Under the pieces are notes generated by a model that saw only the letters and a program-made list of their open reading frames with translations, was not told the DNA's origin and ran no database searches. 64,000 nt of DNA, from positions 2,020,304-2,084,303 of the forward strand of contig CBDEUQ010000003.1 of NCBI GenBank assembly GCA_965243325.1, written 5' to 3'. Position 1 is the stretch's first letter; each line of letters opens with the position of its first letter. Shown in pieces: positions 1 through 11,512 of the stretch. The position numbers were made by a program, and so were the translations under genes. The DNA comes from Alphaproteobacteria bacterium. GTDB lineage: Bacteria > Pseudomonadota > Alphaproteobacteria > UBA7887.

Positions 1-1585
<1,585 letters not shown>

Positions 1586-1994
1586 GGCGTTGTTCCTCCC
1601 TCGCGGCAAGCGGGCGCCAACAAAGGCCGGCGCGGCTGCGGCGTCAATCGAAAACCGCACTGCGCCGGCAACCCGTCAGATTCGCCCGCACGCGTCCCTA
1701 TCCGACTTTTTCCGTCCCTTTCCGTCCCGAGGCGGGGACGGCGCGGTCCGCGGTCCGACCAGGCGGCGACGGCCAGCCTGCCGGACCGCTCCGGCGGTTC
1801 ACAGCGGACCATGGTCCGCCGCCGGTCGGTGCGCGGCAGGGCGGGCTTCTCTGCGTGCCTCGTTTCCCCGGAGTAACGGACAGCGGCGCGGCTTGTCGTC
1901 CCCGGGGGCTTGGGGAACCTCGCCGGCGTTGACGTTGCGTTGTCCGCGCGCGAATCGCGGCGCCCGACGATGCCGGCATCGATTACAGGCCGGC

Positions 1995-2513
1995 CTATGC
2001 CTTCGACCCTCGCAGGGCGGAGTGGCCGAGAGGGAGGAACAAGCGCATCGGATCGTCCGTGAGCGGGGCGAAGCCGAAGCCCTCGTAGAAGAGTTTCGCG
2101 TCGTCGTTCGCGGCGTCCACGATCAGGGCGTGCATGGCCACGGTCTCGTCCGCGGCGACGACGCGCTTGACCGCATCGGCGAGAAGCATGCGGCCGACAC
2201 CGCGCCCGTGCGCCGAGCGGTCGACCGCCAGCCGGCCGATCAGGGCGCAGGGAACCGGATGGCGCGGCAGCTTCCGGGACAGTGCCTCGGGCAGCGAGGC
2301 CAGATCGACTGCCAGCGCGCTCAGCGTGTAGAAGCCGAGCACGGCATCGACGTTGCCGGCAGTGCAGACGAACACCCGGGCGATCCGGCGCCGGACATCC
2401 TGTCCGGCCTGGCGCGCCAGGTGGCGGTCGAGTTCCGGAAGGCCGCAGGAAAACGCCCTTCGGTCATGCCGCTGGCCGAGAGGCTCGACGACCAGCGTAT
2501 CGGGGGCGGTCAA
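1995..2513 (-). CDS. GNAT-family acetyltransferase, toxin of a DUF1778/GNAT (TacAT/KacAT-like) type II TA pair
   Basis: 172 aa. GNAT acetyl-CoA motif ...HGRGVGRMLLADAVK.... Overlaps the upstream DUF1778 gene by 4 nt (ATGA). Confidence 0.75.
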   Translation of the reverse strand: MTAPDTLVVEPLGQRHDRRAFSCGLPELDRHLARQAGQDVRRRIARVFVCTAGNVDAVLGFYTLSALAVDLASLPEALSRKLPRHPVPCALIGRLAVDRSAHGRGVGRMLLADAVKRVVAADETVAMHALIVDAANDDAKLFYEGFGFAPLTDDPMRLFLPLGHSALRGSKA

Positions 2514-2797
2514 CGCGATTCGACGCGCCGGGCGTGCTCCTCCAGGGCGGCGCGGAGCCGATCGTTCGGCGGCGGCGGCTCGGCCAGCGCATCGAAGAAG
2601 CGCATCGCGGCCTCGCGGGTGAGCGCCACGGCCTCGCGCCGGCCGATGGTTGCCTCCGCGCTCTCCAACGCGCTGGACACGATGAAGGCGCTGACGGTCT
2701 TGCCTTCGACGGATGCCGCCCGCTCGATACGCCGCTTCGCCGTTTCGCTGAGCCGCAGGTTGATTCGCGCACTGCGAGCCGTGTTCGCGGGGGCCAT
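2510..2797 (-). CDS. DUF1778-family antitoxin (RHH-like), partner of the GNAT toxin
   Basis: The ORF track gives 2510..3001 with a TTG start. The internal ATG at 2797..2795 gives a 95-aa product MAPANTARSARINLRLSETAKRRIERAASVEGKTVSAFIVSSALESAEA..., typical DUF1778 length and sequence. The choice of start is an inference. Confidence 0.65.
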   Translation of the reverse strand: MAPANTARSARINLRLSETAKRRIERAASVEGKTVSAFIVSSALESAEATIGRREAVALTREAAMRFFDALAEPPPPNDRLRAALEEHARRVESR

Positions 2798-3281
2798 GGC
2801 GCCGTCCTCCCTTACCGACGCCGATGTACGTCGTTCCGGTGCCCGTCGCAAGGTCGAACCGCTTCGACGCACATCCAACGGCAGTAGTTCCCGATGCGCT
2901 CGGCCAAACCCGTTGCTTTGCGGGTCAGTTACCGCCGAAGGGGCGCGTGGCGCGGATTCAACCGAGTTTTCGACCGCTCTGTCGAATCGAAGGTCGGGCA
3001 ACCCTGGTCATGCGCTATGGCTCCTGCACTCCTCCGTTATGCCCGGACTTGATCCGTGCTCCGGCTTTGCTGGCTCGGGGACGGGCTCCACCGCAGGTTA
3101 TCGCGAACGTGCGGAGCCTCAGCATCACCGGCAGCGTGTGGACCGCCCGCGCCGAGTCGCGTCGCTCGCGGACACACCCCGCAAGCGCCTCGGTCAACGC
3201 GAGCCGGTGCGCCACCGCGCCGACGCGCAGCAGCACCAGCCCGGCACCCGACGACATCGACCCGCCCTCAATACTGGCACT

Positions 3282-3466
3282 CATTTTCTTGGGTTGAATT
3301 CTTGCGGTGAATGGCTCGCAGATCGAACGGCAGAGGGGTATCTTCGGGCATGGCGGGCGTGCCGCTTTCGTCGCCGGGGCAGAAGGTCGCTGGACAACGA
3401 ATTTCTGCCCTATGACAATGACTTACGACACGTTCGCCGTCACCTCAGCCCACCGTGAGGAATAGG
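3282..3466. repeat. Copy A of a ~175-bp direct repeat (about 80% identical to copy B at 12208..12378)
   Basis: Shared blocks ggctSgcagatcgaacggcag, atggcgggcgtgScgct and gccggggcagaaggtcgctggacaacga, then atgacaaYgacttacgMcacgtt. No conserved reading frame across the indels. Confidence 0.5.
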
Positions 3467-3875
3467 GCAGGCTAGCTTGCCGACATCCTCGAACGCATCT
3501 CAGATTGCAAGATCAACCGCGTCAACGACCTGATGCCCTGGAACTGCACGTCGCGCGAAGATCGGGAAGCCGACACCTGAACTCGCCGGGGCCGTCAGAC
3601 CGGACGTGTGTGGACGCCCCTGGTGACGCAAGCATTTTCTTCGGTCGGTTCGGTGCGCGCGGTCAGGTGCTGTCGTGTGTCCGGCCTCTCTATGCGGCAC
3701 GTCACACGCCGCGGGCCCTCATGGAGATGCGCGGATCGGGTCCATATCGCTTACGCGAGCTCGAAAGCTCTGCGTCCGGAGACTGGTTTTCCCGATCCCG
3801 TCTCGATCGACCGTTTGCCCTTGCCTTTCCTCAGACCTGCCCGCGTCCCCGACAGCGACCCGCCCGACCGCCCTC

Positions 3876-4898
3876 TCAGGCGGCGGCGGGAGCCCGGTAG
3901 CTCTCCTTCTTCGTCATCAGCGCCCAGACGATGCGCGCCATCCGGTTGGCCAGCGCCACGGCGACGAGCATGCGCGGTTTGCGCGCCAGCATCCTGGCAA
4001 GCCATGGGTCGTTCGTCCTGCCGCGCCGAGCCGCCCAGCGAACGACCGCCATGGCGCCCGTGATCAGCAGCCGCCTCAAGTCACGCTGGCCCATCTTCGA
4101 TATCTTGCCCAGGCGCGGCTTGCCGCCAGTCGTGTGCTGGCGCGGCACCAGGCCGAGCCAGGCGGCGAAGTCCCGGCCGCGCCGGAAGGTCTCCATCGGC
4201 GGCGCGAAGGACTGGACCGCCATCGCGGTGATCGGCCCGATCCCCGGCACGGTCATCAGACGGCGCGCCTCCTCGTCCTGCCGGGCCACCGCCCGGATTT
4301 CCTCTTCAAGGCCATCGATCTTCTCGCCAAGCCCGGCAATCTGGTTCAGCAGAAGGCCGGCCAGATCGTGGACCGCGTCCGGCAGATCCAAGTCCGGGTC
4401 TTCAAGCGCCGACGCCAAGCGCCCGACATGGGCCGGACCCTGGGGAGCAACGATGCCGAACTCCGCCAGATGACCGCGCAAGGCGTTGATGGTCTGGGTG
4501 CGCTGGCGTACCAGGAGATCACGCGTGCGGAACAGCATGCCCCGGGCCTGCTGCTCGACGGTCTTCACAGCCACAAAACTCATCGTCGGGCGCGATGCTG
4601 CCTCGCAGATCGCCTCCGCATCCGCCGCATCGTTCTTCTGTCGCTTGACGTAAGCCTTCACGTAGGCCGGCGGAACCAACTGCACCGCATGGCCCAGGCG
4701 GCTGATCTCGCGGCCCCAATGGTGCGCACCGCCGCAGGCTTCCATCGCGACTGTGCAGGGCTGCTGCGAGACCAGAAACCCCAGCACCTTCGCCCGGCTC
4801 AGCTTCTTCCGGAACGCGACCGATCCATCGGGCCGCGCGCCGTGAAGCTGAAAGCTGTTCTTCGCGAGATCGATCCCGATCATGCTAACCTGTTCCAT
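3876..4898 (-). CDS. IS110-family transposase
   Basis: Track ORF 3876..5057. Probable start is the ATG at 4898 (MEQVSMIGIDLAKNSFQLHG..., the usual IS110-family N-terminus). The C-terminal half carries a DEDD-type motif (...MTVPGIGPITAMAV...). Confidence 0.85.
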   Translation of the reverse strand: MEQVSMIGIDLAKNSFQLHGARPDGSVAFRKKLSRAKVLGFLVSQQPCTVAMEACGGAHHWGREISRLGHAVQLVPPAYVKAYVKRQKNDAADAEAICEAASRPTMSFVAVKTVEQQARGMLFRTRDLLVRQRTQTINALRGHLAEFGIVAPQGPAHVGRLASALEDPDLDLPDAVHDLAGLLLNQIAGLGEKIDGLEEEIRAVARQDEEARRLMTVPGIGPITAMAVQSFAPPMETFRRGRDFAAWLGLVPRQHTTGGKPRLGKISKMGQRDLRRLLITGAMAVVRWAARRGRTNDPWLARMLARKPRMLVAVALANRMARIVWALMTKKESYRAPAAA

Positions 4899-5001
4899 GG
4901 ACGCCCCTTTCCTCTCTTGGCGTTTACGACACCGCCAACTTGGCACATTGCGATGCCGTCGGGAGGGGCGTCCACTCCATCGCTTACTTGGTACCGATGT
5001 T

Positions 5002-8000
5002 ATGGATACAGTAAATTTCGACCATGAGACTCGTAGAATAAGTGACCGATTCGTCACTAAGTTCGACGCGATACCGGGATTTTGGAACTATCTTATCGGC
5101 CTTGATCGCAGTGATCTCATAGCAGAGTTGGTCCAGAATGATCTGGACCAAGGAGCGACCAAAACCGTCGTCTCATTCGGGAAGACGTGTCTGATCTGCG
5201 AAGGGAACGGGGAGCCGGTCGATCCAGAAGGCTGGCAACGTCTCCAGGTGATATCGGGCGCAGGGGATGAGGTGCCTGCCAAGCGCAGCAGGTTTGGCGT
5301 CAAGAACCACGGCCTCAAGGCTGCTTTCACGATTGGTGATGAAATCCGTCTGATGTCGGCCGGCCGGACTATTGTTCAAACGCTCTACGCCAAGGGACGC
5401 CATATGCGCCCTCATCCCGGCGCGTCAGCGCACCCAATTGAAGATCGTCAAGCGCCCACTGAGGGTTGCCGCATAATCGTACAGTATCGCGACGTAGACC
5501 TCGAGCCTACTCAAGGGGAGGCCGTCAAGTTGGATGCAGTCAGCGAGGGTGAAATCGAAACACTGTTTAGGTCAGCCTGTGCAGGCATGCCTGAACAGTT
5601 CGCGGGTGTAGTCTCGCCGGAGAACACGCCTCGGTACGAAATCGTGTTGCGGCATTGGAAGCTTGGCGAAGCGCGGTTTCAGTTCTCATGTACTCGGCCG
5701 CGCAAAGCGACCAAGCGTATTGATGTCTTCCAACGGCGTTGCGCCATTAACGGGACGTACTCCGCCCTTCCAAAACCTTTGCGAGAACGAGCAGTTCGCC
5801 GCCTCGTTCCGTTGAAAGGCGTTCTGAAGGATCGGGTTGCCGATTTTTTTCGCCGCGGGAGGCACTTCTTCATCGAGGCATCGTGGCCGATTGACGTGAA
5901 GGGAAAGCCCGGAGTTGGGACCGGGAGGTATCGCTACCCAATCGGCTACCCAGCGAATTCGCGTGAGGCGCGAACGGGACATAGCACTCATTTTAATGCG
6001 CCGTTTGCTTCGAATAACGAACGCCACGCTCCCGCATGGAACGAGGCCACGAACACCGAGTTGCGTCGAGCGTGTGAATCTCTGCTAGTCGACGTGCTTG
6101 CCCTTCACGCAATTCCACGGTGGAAAGCGAACGGGTTGAATCCTGTCGTGCCGAACACCGATACTGACAACGGAAGGGAGATCGTCCGCACGCTGCTGGA
6201 GGCACTTGTCACGAGGGGAGCATTGCCTGTCCTGAGTTGGCGGCAAGCGGCCGAAGTCGCCACAAAGGTCAAAAGGATGAGCATCAGGGCGATTGCGAGC
6301 CGCCGCCCTGCTAGAGAATTTCCAAGGAGCGAGAGGCGGTACCGGTTTGTGGTGCCGGCGTTGACTTGGGCGGAGAACACCATTGAGCCATTACTGTCGC
6401 TGTTGTGTCCAACTTGGGAGAGGCAGCTCGACCCGCGCGTCAATGCAAAAATCGTTAGCTTACTGACAGACGGGAAAACCCGTGGCTTCTGCGAGGAGTT
6501 TGTCACCTTCGACGAACAGGACGTGATCGATCGGGTGACGTCACAAGGGAATGACCACTTCGGTGCGATCGCAGACCCTGAACGTGAATTTTCCCATTTA
6601 TTCTTCGTTCGCGTGTATCTGGACCTGATTGAGTTGACGCTCGAACAAGGTGACCTCGAAGCCGGGAAAGAAGACCTCCTTCGTTCAAATTTACTTCTTC
6701 CCGATATAGCTGGTCAGGTAACGTCTATGTCGGAACTCTATTCCAACGCGTCGCTTCCATCCGATATACCTGGCCTTCACTTGCCGTCCATCCTCGATGC
6801 TGGCCTGATCACGCATGCTCTTTTTAAGCGCAGAAAGTGGAGAATTCGGAAATTTACGATCGCCGAGTTCTTGGAGAGCGATACTCTTCGGACCGCTGAC
6901 GAGCAAACTCGGAGGAAGTTCTGGAAGTGGCTTTCGCGGAATGGTCGGCATATTCGGCCGCGTGACCGACCAAAGCTCGCCGAACTCGCCGTTTGGCCGG
7001 ACGAGAACGACGACCTTTGCAGGATATCCGATCTCTGCGAGCCGCGCACGGGGCGCGTTGGTACTGTGCTTGCCGGGTTCATTAGGCGACCGCACAGGGA
7101 GGTTCGCAGTTCAAGGCTCGTTTCCGTCGGGGGCAGGGCGCGTGTCTCGGTCCGACGCACGCCAACCAAGAGCGAGATCGGGGATTGGCTTGACACAAAG
7201 TTCAGGGGATTTGAGATCGGGAGCCAACCGGATGCTGCAACGGCCGCGGAGTTGCGTCGATTCGAGGGAGACCTATGTAGTCTGCTTGAGGACAGGTCCA
7301 TTGCTCCTCTGCTCACGGCGGCTGTGTCAGCGCTACCAGCGCTTGCTCGGGACGGAGCGATGCGACTGCGCACGAAGTTGGTGTTCCCGAGCCGCGGCAA
7401 CGGACGGCTCGCTCTGCCCGACCGCTTCCTGCTCTTGGATCGACGACGTGGCGCCATGCTGGCCAAGCTCTCTCCGGCGTTGAACACACCTACTGCGGCG
7501 ATGCTTTTGGACGCATTCGACGAAGATCCCGGCAACTCCTCCGTTCTGCAACTGCGACTGGCGGAAATCTTAAGAGTCACCGAAACGGATGATGACGAGC
7601 GACGTGAACTCCGAGCGAAGCCCATCATTCCTGTGGCCGGCCAGTGGCGAGCGCCCTGTGAGCTAGCCTTCACCGGCAACAGAGGCGACCACTGGGGTGA
7701 TTGGAAGACCGGCATCTCGACTGAGGGGCTGTCGCAGGACGACCAGAGGCGGTATCGAGCTGCAGGCGTAACGTCCGCCTTGCCTAATCCGACAACGAGC
7801 CGCGCCTTTTTTGGGTGGCTCGCAACGCGGGATGAACGCGTACTTCGGCGGCATATCCCTTGCATACTGCGTCATTTCCTTCTTCCAAATGGCCCTGTTC
7901 GATGGGCTCGTGACTTCGCGGACACGCCTTGTATTCCAGTGGAAGGCCAGTACGGATTGCGACTCGTATCGTTGCAAAGTGTGCGGCGCAAACCAATTTT

Positions 8001-8538
8001 CCTGCGCGACGCGGGGGATATCGGAGATGTTATTATCCAGAATGACGGCGCGGTTTTGTTGGCCATCCACCAGGCGAAGGAGGTAGCAACGCCGATCACG
8101 GAAATGTTGCGCGAGTTGGATGTCAAGTCGCTCCGCGAAGCCCTCGGGGAACCGGAAAGCGTCGCTGGCTCGGGAGATGTCGTTCCAGTCAGAGAGGATA
8201 TTCGTACTCGCTTCGATGGACTCAGTTCTTCCCCGTTCCGGCGGACGTTCCGAAAACGACTCACTGAGTTGGGTGTCGAACTTGGGTTGCTACGCAGTCA
8301 CTGGCAACGTCGGCTGGATCTTGTCCGAGGTATTCACGTCGGTGAAGATGTAGAGGTGCGATTTCGATTCCGTGGCAAACCCTACCTACAAAAAGCCGAT
8401 GCAGGATTCGATTCCGGTACCGGCATATTCTGGATGAAACAGGGCCTTGACGCTCGCAGACTGTACGAGACTATTGCCAAACAATTGATTTTCGAACCGG
8501 CGGCGAGGCCCATCGACCTCCTTGCGCTAGTGGATTGA
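5002..8538 (+). pseudogene. Segment 1 (about 1,176 codons) of a giant gene. The N-terminal domain resembles a MutL/MORC-like GHKL ATPase. The natural reading frame is interrupted at 8529/8530 by an IS630-family insertion; the present stop at 8536..8538 is IS-derived
   Basis: Track ORF 4882..8538. Likely ATG at 5002 (MDTVNFDHET...). GHKL motif I IAELVQNDLDQGATKTVVSF (compare MutL ELVENSLDAGAT), motif II CEGNGEPV (DxGxG-like), motif III G-rich GVKNHGLKAAF. GC is visibly lower than the flanks. Frame continuity with 9679..10224 and 11513..11701 was verified by hand (see findings). Confidence 0.75.
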
Positions 8539-9609
8539 TTCCAACGTTTGGAACCCTCGGTTTCTGGCGGCGATGATGTCGTCGGGGTCCGCGATCCAGA
8601 CGAAGGGCTTTGCCTCTGTCCGGTTGTGCTCGTCGATGAAGCGCTGGATGGCGTCGCGGAGTTCGTCGACGGAGCGGAACACGCCGTGCTTGAGCCGCCG
8701 GCGCGTCAGCTTGGCGAAGAAGCCTTCGACGGCGTTGAGCCACGAGCACGAGGTCGGGGTGAAGTGGAAGGTCCAGCGCGGATGCTTCTCGAGCCATGCC
8801 CGGACCGCCTTGTGCTTGTGGGCGGAGTAGTTGTCGAGGATGGCATGGATCGGCGTCCCGGCGGCGACCGTGCGTTCGATGCGTTCGAGGAAGCGCACGA
8901 ACTCCTCGTGCCGGTGACGGGCGCTGTGCTGCGAGATCACCGTCCCCTCGAGCACATCAAGGGCGGCGAACAGCGTCGTCGTGCCGTGTCGCTTGTAGTC
9001 GTGGGTCATGGTGGCACCGCGCCCTTTCTTCAACGGCAGCCCGGGCTGCGTGCGGTCGAGTGCCTGGATCTGCGACTTTTCGTCGATCGACAGCACCGCC
9101 GCATGCGCCGGCGGCTCCACGTACAGGCCGACGATGTCGCGCACCTTGTCGACGAAGGCCGGATCGGTCGACAGCTTGAACTGACGCCAGCGGTGCGGCG
9201 CGAGACCGTGCGCCTGCCAGATCGTGCGCACCGTCGAGGCGGCCACGCCCGCGGCCTTCGCCATCGCCCGCAGTGTCCAGTGCGTCGCCTCGCCCGCCGG
9301 CGGCGTCTGCGTCAGGCGTACGATCGTCGCAACCCGTGCAGGCGACAAAGGCTTCCGGCCGGGAGGCCGTGTCTTGTCCCGCAGAAGCCCGTCGACGCCC
9401 TCTTCCATGAAGCGTTCCTGCCAGCGCCAGACGCACGTCTTCGACTTCCCCGTCGCCGCCATGATCGCCATCGTCCCCAGACCGTCGGCGCTGGCCAGGA
9501 CGATCCGCGCCCGCCACACGTGCTTCTGCGCGCTGTTGCGATCCTCAACGATCGCACGCAAGCGGTCGCGATCCTCCACCGAAACCGTGAACGAAACTCC
9601 CCGACGCAT
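8527..9609 (-). CDS. IS630-family (Tc1/mariner-like DDE) transposase
   Basis: 360 aa, ...IDEKSQIQALDR...HGTTTLFAALDV...LDNYSAHKH..., ending ...TLESIH. The TAG stop (rc of 8527..8529) lies in the flanking C-TA of the CTAG target, outside the element. Confidence 0.85.
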   Translation of the reverse strand: MRRGVSFTVSVEDRDRLRAIVEDRNSAQKHVWRARIVLASADGLGTMAIMAATGKSKTCVWRWQERFMEEGVDGLLRDKTRPPGRKPLSPARVATIVRLTQTPPAGEATHWTLRAMAKAAGVAASTVRTIWQAHGLAPHRWRQFKLSTDPAFVDKVRDIVGLYVEPPAHAAVLSIDEKSQIQALDRTQPGLPLKKGRGATMTHDYKRHGTTTLFAALDVLEGTVISQHSARHRHEEFVRFLERIERTVAAGTPIHAILDNYSAHKHKAVRAWLEKHPRWTFHFTPTSCSWLNAVEGFFAKLTRRRLKHGVFRSVDELRDAIQRFIDEHNRTEAKPFVWIADPDDIIAARNRGFQTLESIH

Positions 9610-9676
9610 CGCAACCGTCCCATGACAGATCGAACAAGGGAAACAATAAAGGACTCTTCCGTCAAATACAATCCAC
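8530..9676 (-). mobile_element. IS630-family insertion sequence (1,147 bp) in a CTAG target with TA duplication
   Basis: Left junction gcgC-TA|gtggattgattcc; right junction caatccac|TA-Gaacg. Terminal inverted repeats GTGGATTG/CAATCCAC. TA copies at 8528..8529 and 9677..9678. The reconstituted target is CTAG, the classic IS630 target. Confidence 0.8.
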
Positions 9677-9678
9677 TA

Positions 9679-10224
9679 GAACGAGCTATGGAACTGGAGA
9701 TAGCCGATCCAAGTTTCGGACGGCCGGGAGGATCTCAATTGGGTGCTGGTGACGGGGAAACGGCCGCGGAGGACACCACTGGGCAGGGACAGGAAGATGA
9801 AGGGAATGGCCGGCTCGGAGAAGCGGGAAGCGGACACTCTCCGTTTGAACCGGACCCTACGCGCAATAGGCCCAAACCCGGCCCAATCTCTTCCGAATCA
9901 GCTAGACCGCCGGGACGTGCTAAGGAACAGTCCGGTTCATCGGGCTCGGGTGGGGGCGACAGCTTTAGACGCAAACCCGATCTCGAAAAGCAACACATTG
10001 AGGAGCTAAAGCGCAGCCACTATGCCAGCCATTGCCAGATGTGCTTGTGCGAACGTTCGCCTCAAGAGTTAGCTCCAGCTGGCAGCTACATTGAGGCAGA
10101 AGAAGTACGTCAGAGCGTTGTGCATGCGCACCATACCGATTTAGTGTCGGCCGGCGGCGCACGTCACGCCGGCAACATTATTCTACTGTGCAAGTTACAT
10201 CACGACAACTACGGAAGGCAATTC
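9679..10224 (+). pseudogene. Segment 2 of the giant gene: low-complexity G/S/E-rich linker plus the first half of an HNH nuclease motif, cut by the IS256-family insertion
   Basis: In frame with 8527..8529 once the IS630 and one TA are removed (cta|gaa cga gct atg...). Carries ...HYASHCQMCLCERSP...VHAHHTDLVSAGGARHAGNIILLCKLHHDNYGRQF (CxxC...HxHH...GG...N...CxxHH). Confidence 0.7.
10217..10224. repeat. 8-bp target-site duplication (ggcaattc), left copy, IS256-family copy 1
   Basis: The same 8-mer recurs directly after the right IR at 11505..11512. Confidence 0.8.
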
Positions 10225-11504
10225 GGTGACGTAAGAATTTATGTGTCAGGTGGGAAGGGGGTACTCCCTGTGGTGACGACAACCACAAACAGGAGCACCC
10301 CGCATGTCCCAGCAAGCTGCGACGATCATGAGCCTACCCCAGGCCTTTGAGGTGGTGAAGGAGATGCAGGCAGGCGGACTGGACTGGGGCGAGGGCTACC
10401 GCCCGCTCGGCCGCCAGGCGCTGGCCGAGATCATCGAGGGCCGGATGGCCGAGGCGGTGGATCGCTGGCTCGACAACCTCGACGCCGGCGCGATGCGCGA
10501 CCGGCGCAACGGGACCTACCGCCGCTGCCTGCTGAGCGAGCTCGGCGACATCGAGCTCAACGTGCCGCGCACCCGGCACTTCTGCCCGACCGGGGTTGTG
10601 AAGAGCTACGCAAGGCGCGCGCCGGAGATCGACCGTGCCATCCTGGCCGGCTTCGTGCTGGGGCTTTCGACGCGCAAGGTGGGCGAGGTCCTGCTGGCCC
10701 TGCTCGGGCGCCCGGTCTCGGCCGCGACGGTGAGCCGGGTCTCCAAGACGCTCGACATGGCGGTCGAGGCCTTCCACCGCAGGCCGCTGAAGAACGCCTA
10801 CAAGGCGCTGATGCTCGACGGCGTGGTGCTGGCCCGCAAGACCGGCGCCGGCGCGCTCAGGAGGCCGGTCCTGGTGGCGCTCGGCATCCGCCCCGACGGC
10901 AAGAAGGAGATCATCGACTTCCATCTCGCCGTCAGCGAAGGCGCCCGCGAGTGGGAAGTGTTCCTCAACCGGCTGTACCACCGCGGGCTCACCGGCGAAG
11001 GCCTTGAGATGATCTGCGTCGATGGCGGCAAGGGCCTGCTGGCTGCCTTGCCGTTCGTCTATCCCGGCATCCCGGTTCAGAGGTGCTGGGCGCACAAGAT
11101 GCGCAACATCCTCAACAAGGTCCGCAAGGCCGACCAGGAGGCCGTCAAGGCCGATGTCCACGCCGTCATGAATGCAAAGAGCCGCCGCAAGGCCCAGAGC
11201 GCCGCCCGACGCTTCGCCGACCGCTGGCAAAGCACCTACCCCAAGGCCGTCGCCTGCCTGCGCAGCGATCTCGACGAGCTGCTCACCTGCTTCCGCTACC
11301 GGACCCTCGATGAGCGAAAGCGGGTCAGGACCACCAACGCCATCGAACGAAGGTTCCGGGAGGTCCGCAGACGAACCCGGCCCATGGGAACCTTCCAGGA
11401 CCGGACCTCAATGGACCGCGTCCTCTACGCGGTATTCATCCACGAAAACAAGTCTCAGGGAATCAGCACCCCCGTCTCCCTGACACATAACTCTTGACGT
11501 TACC
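10225..11504 (+). mobile_element. IS256-family insertion sequence, copy 1 (1,280 bp)
   Basis: Imperfect terminal IRs ggtgacgtaagaatttatgtgtca and tgacacataactcttgacgttacc (rc ggtaacgtcaagagttatgtgtca). Flanked by an 8-bp TSD. Identical over its full length to 37223..38502. Confidence 0.85.
10304..11497 (+). CDS. IS256-family (Mutator-type) transposase
   Basis: 397 aa with family hallmarks ...RNGTYRR...LNVPRTRHF... and ...QRCWAHKMRN.... Identical to 37302..38495. Confidence 0.9.
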   Translation: MSQQAATIMSLPQAFEVVKEMQAGGLDWGEGYRPLGRQALAEIIEGRMAEAVDRWLDNLDAGAMRDRRNGTYRRCLLSELGDIELNVPRTRHFCPTGVVKSYARRAPEIDRAILAGFVLGLSTRKVGEVLLALLGRPVSAATVSRVSKTLDMAVEAFHRRPLKNAYKALMLDGVVLARKTGAGALRRPVLVALGIRPDGKKEIIDFHLAVSEGAREWEVFLNRLYHRGLTGEGLEMICVDGGKGLLAALPFVYPGIPVQRCWAHKMRNILNKVRKADQEAVKADVHAVMNAKSRRKAQSAARRFADRWQSTYPKAVACLRSDLDELLTCFRYRTLDERKRVRTTNAIERRFREVRRRTRPMGTFQDRTSMDRVLYAVFIHENKSQGISTPVSLTHNS

Positions 11505-11512
11505 GGCAATTC
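11505..11512. repeat. 8-bp target-site duplication (ggcaattc), right copy, IS256-family copy 1
   Basis: Perfect match to 10217..10224. Confidence 0.8.

Noticed and set aside
3015-3284. 89-aa minus-strand ORF between the TA module and repeat A
   Set aside because: No recognisable motif. It overlaps an equally long + strand ORF (2824..3297), and the region is better explained as the TA promoter plus the repeat element. Not called.
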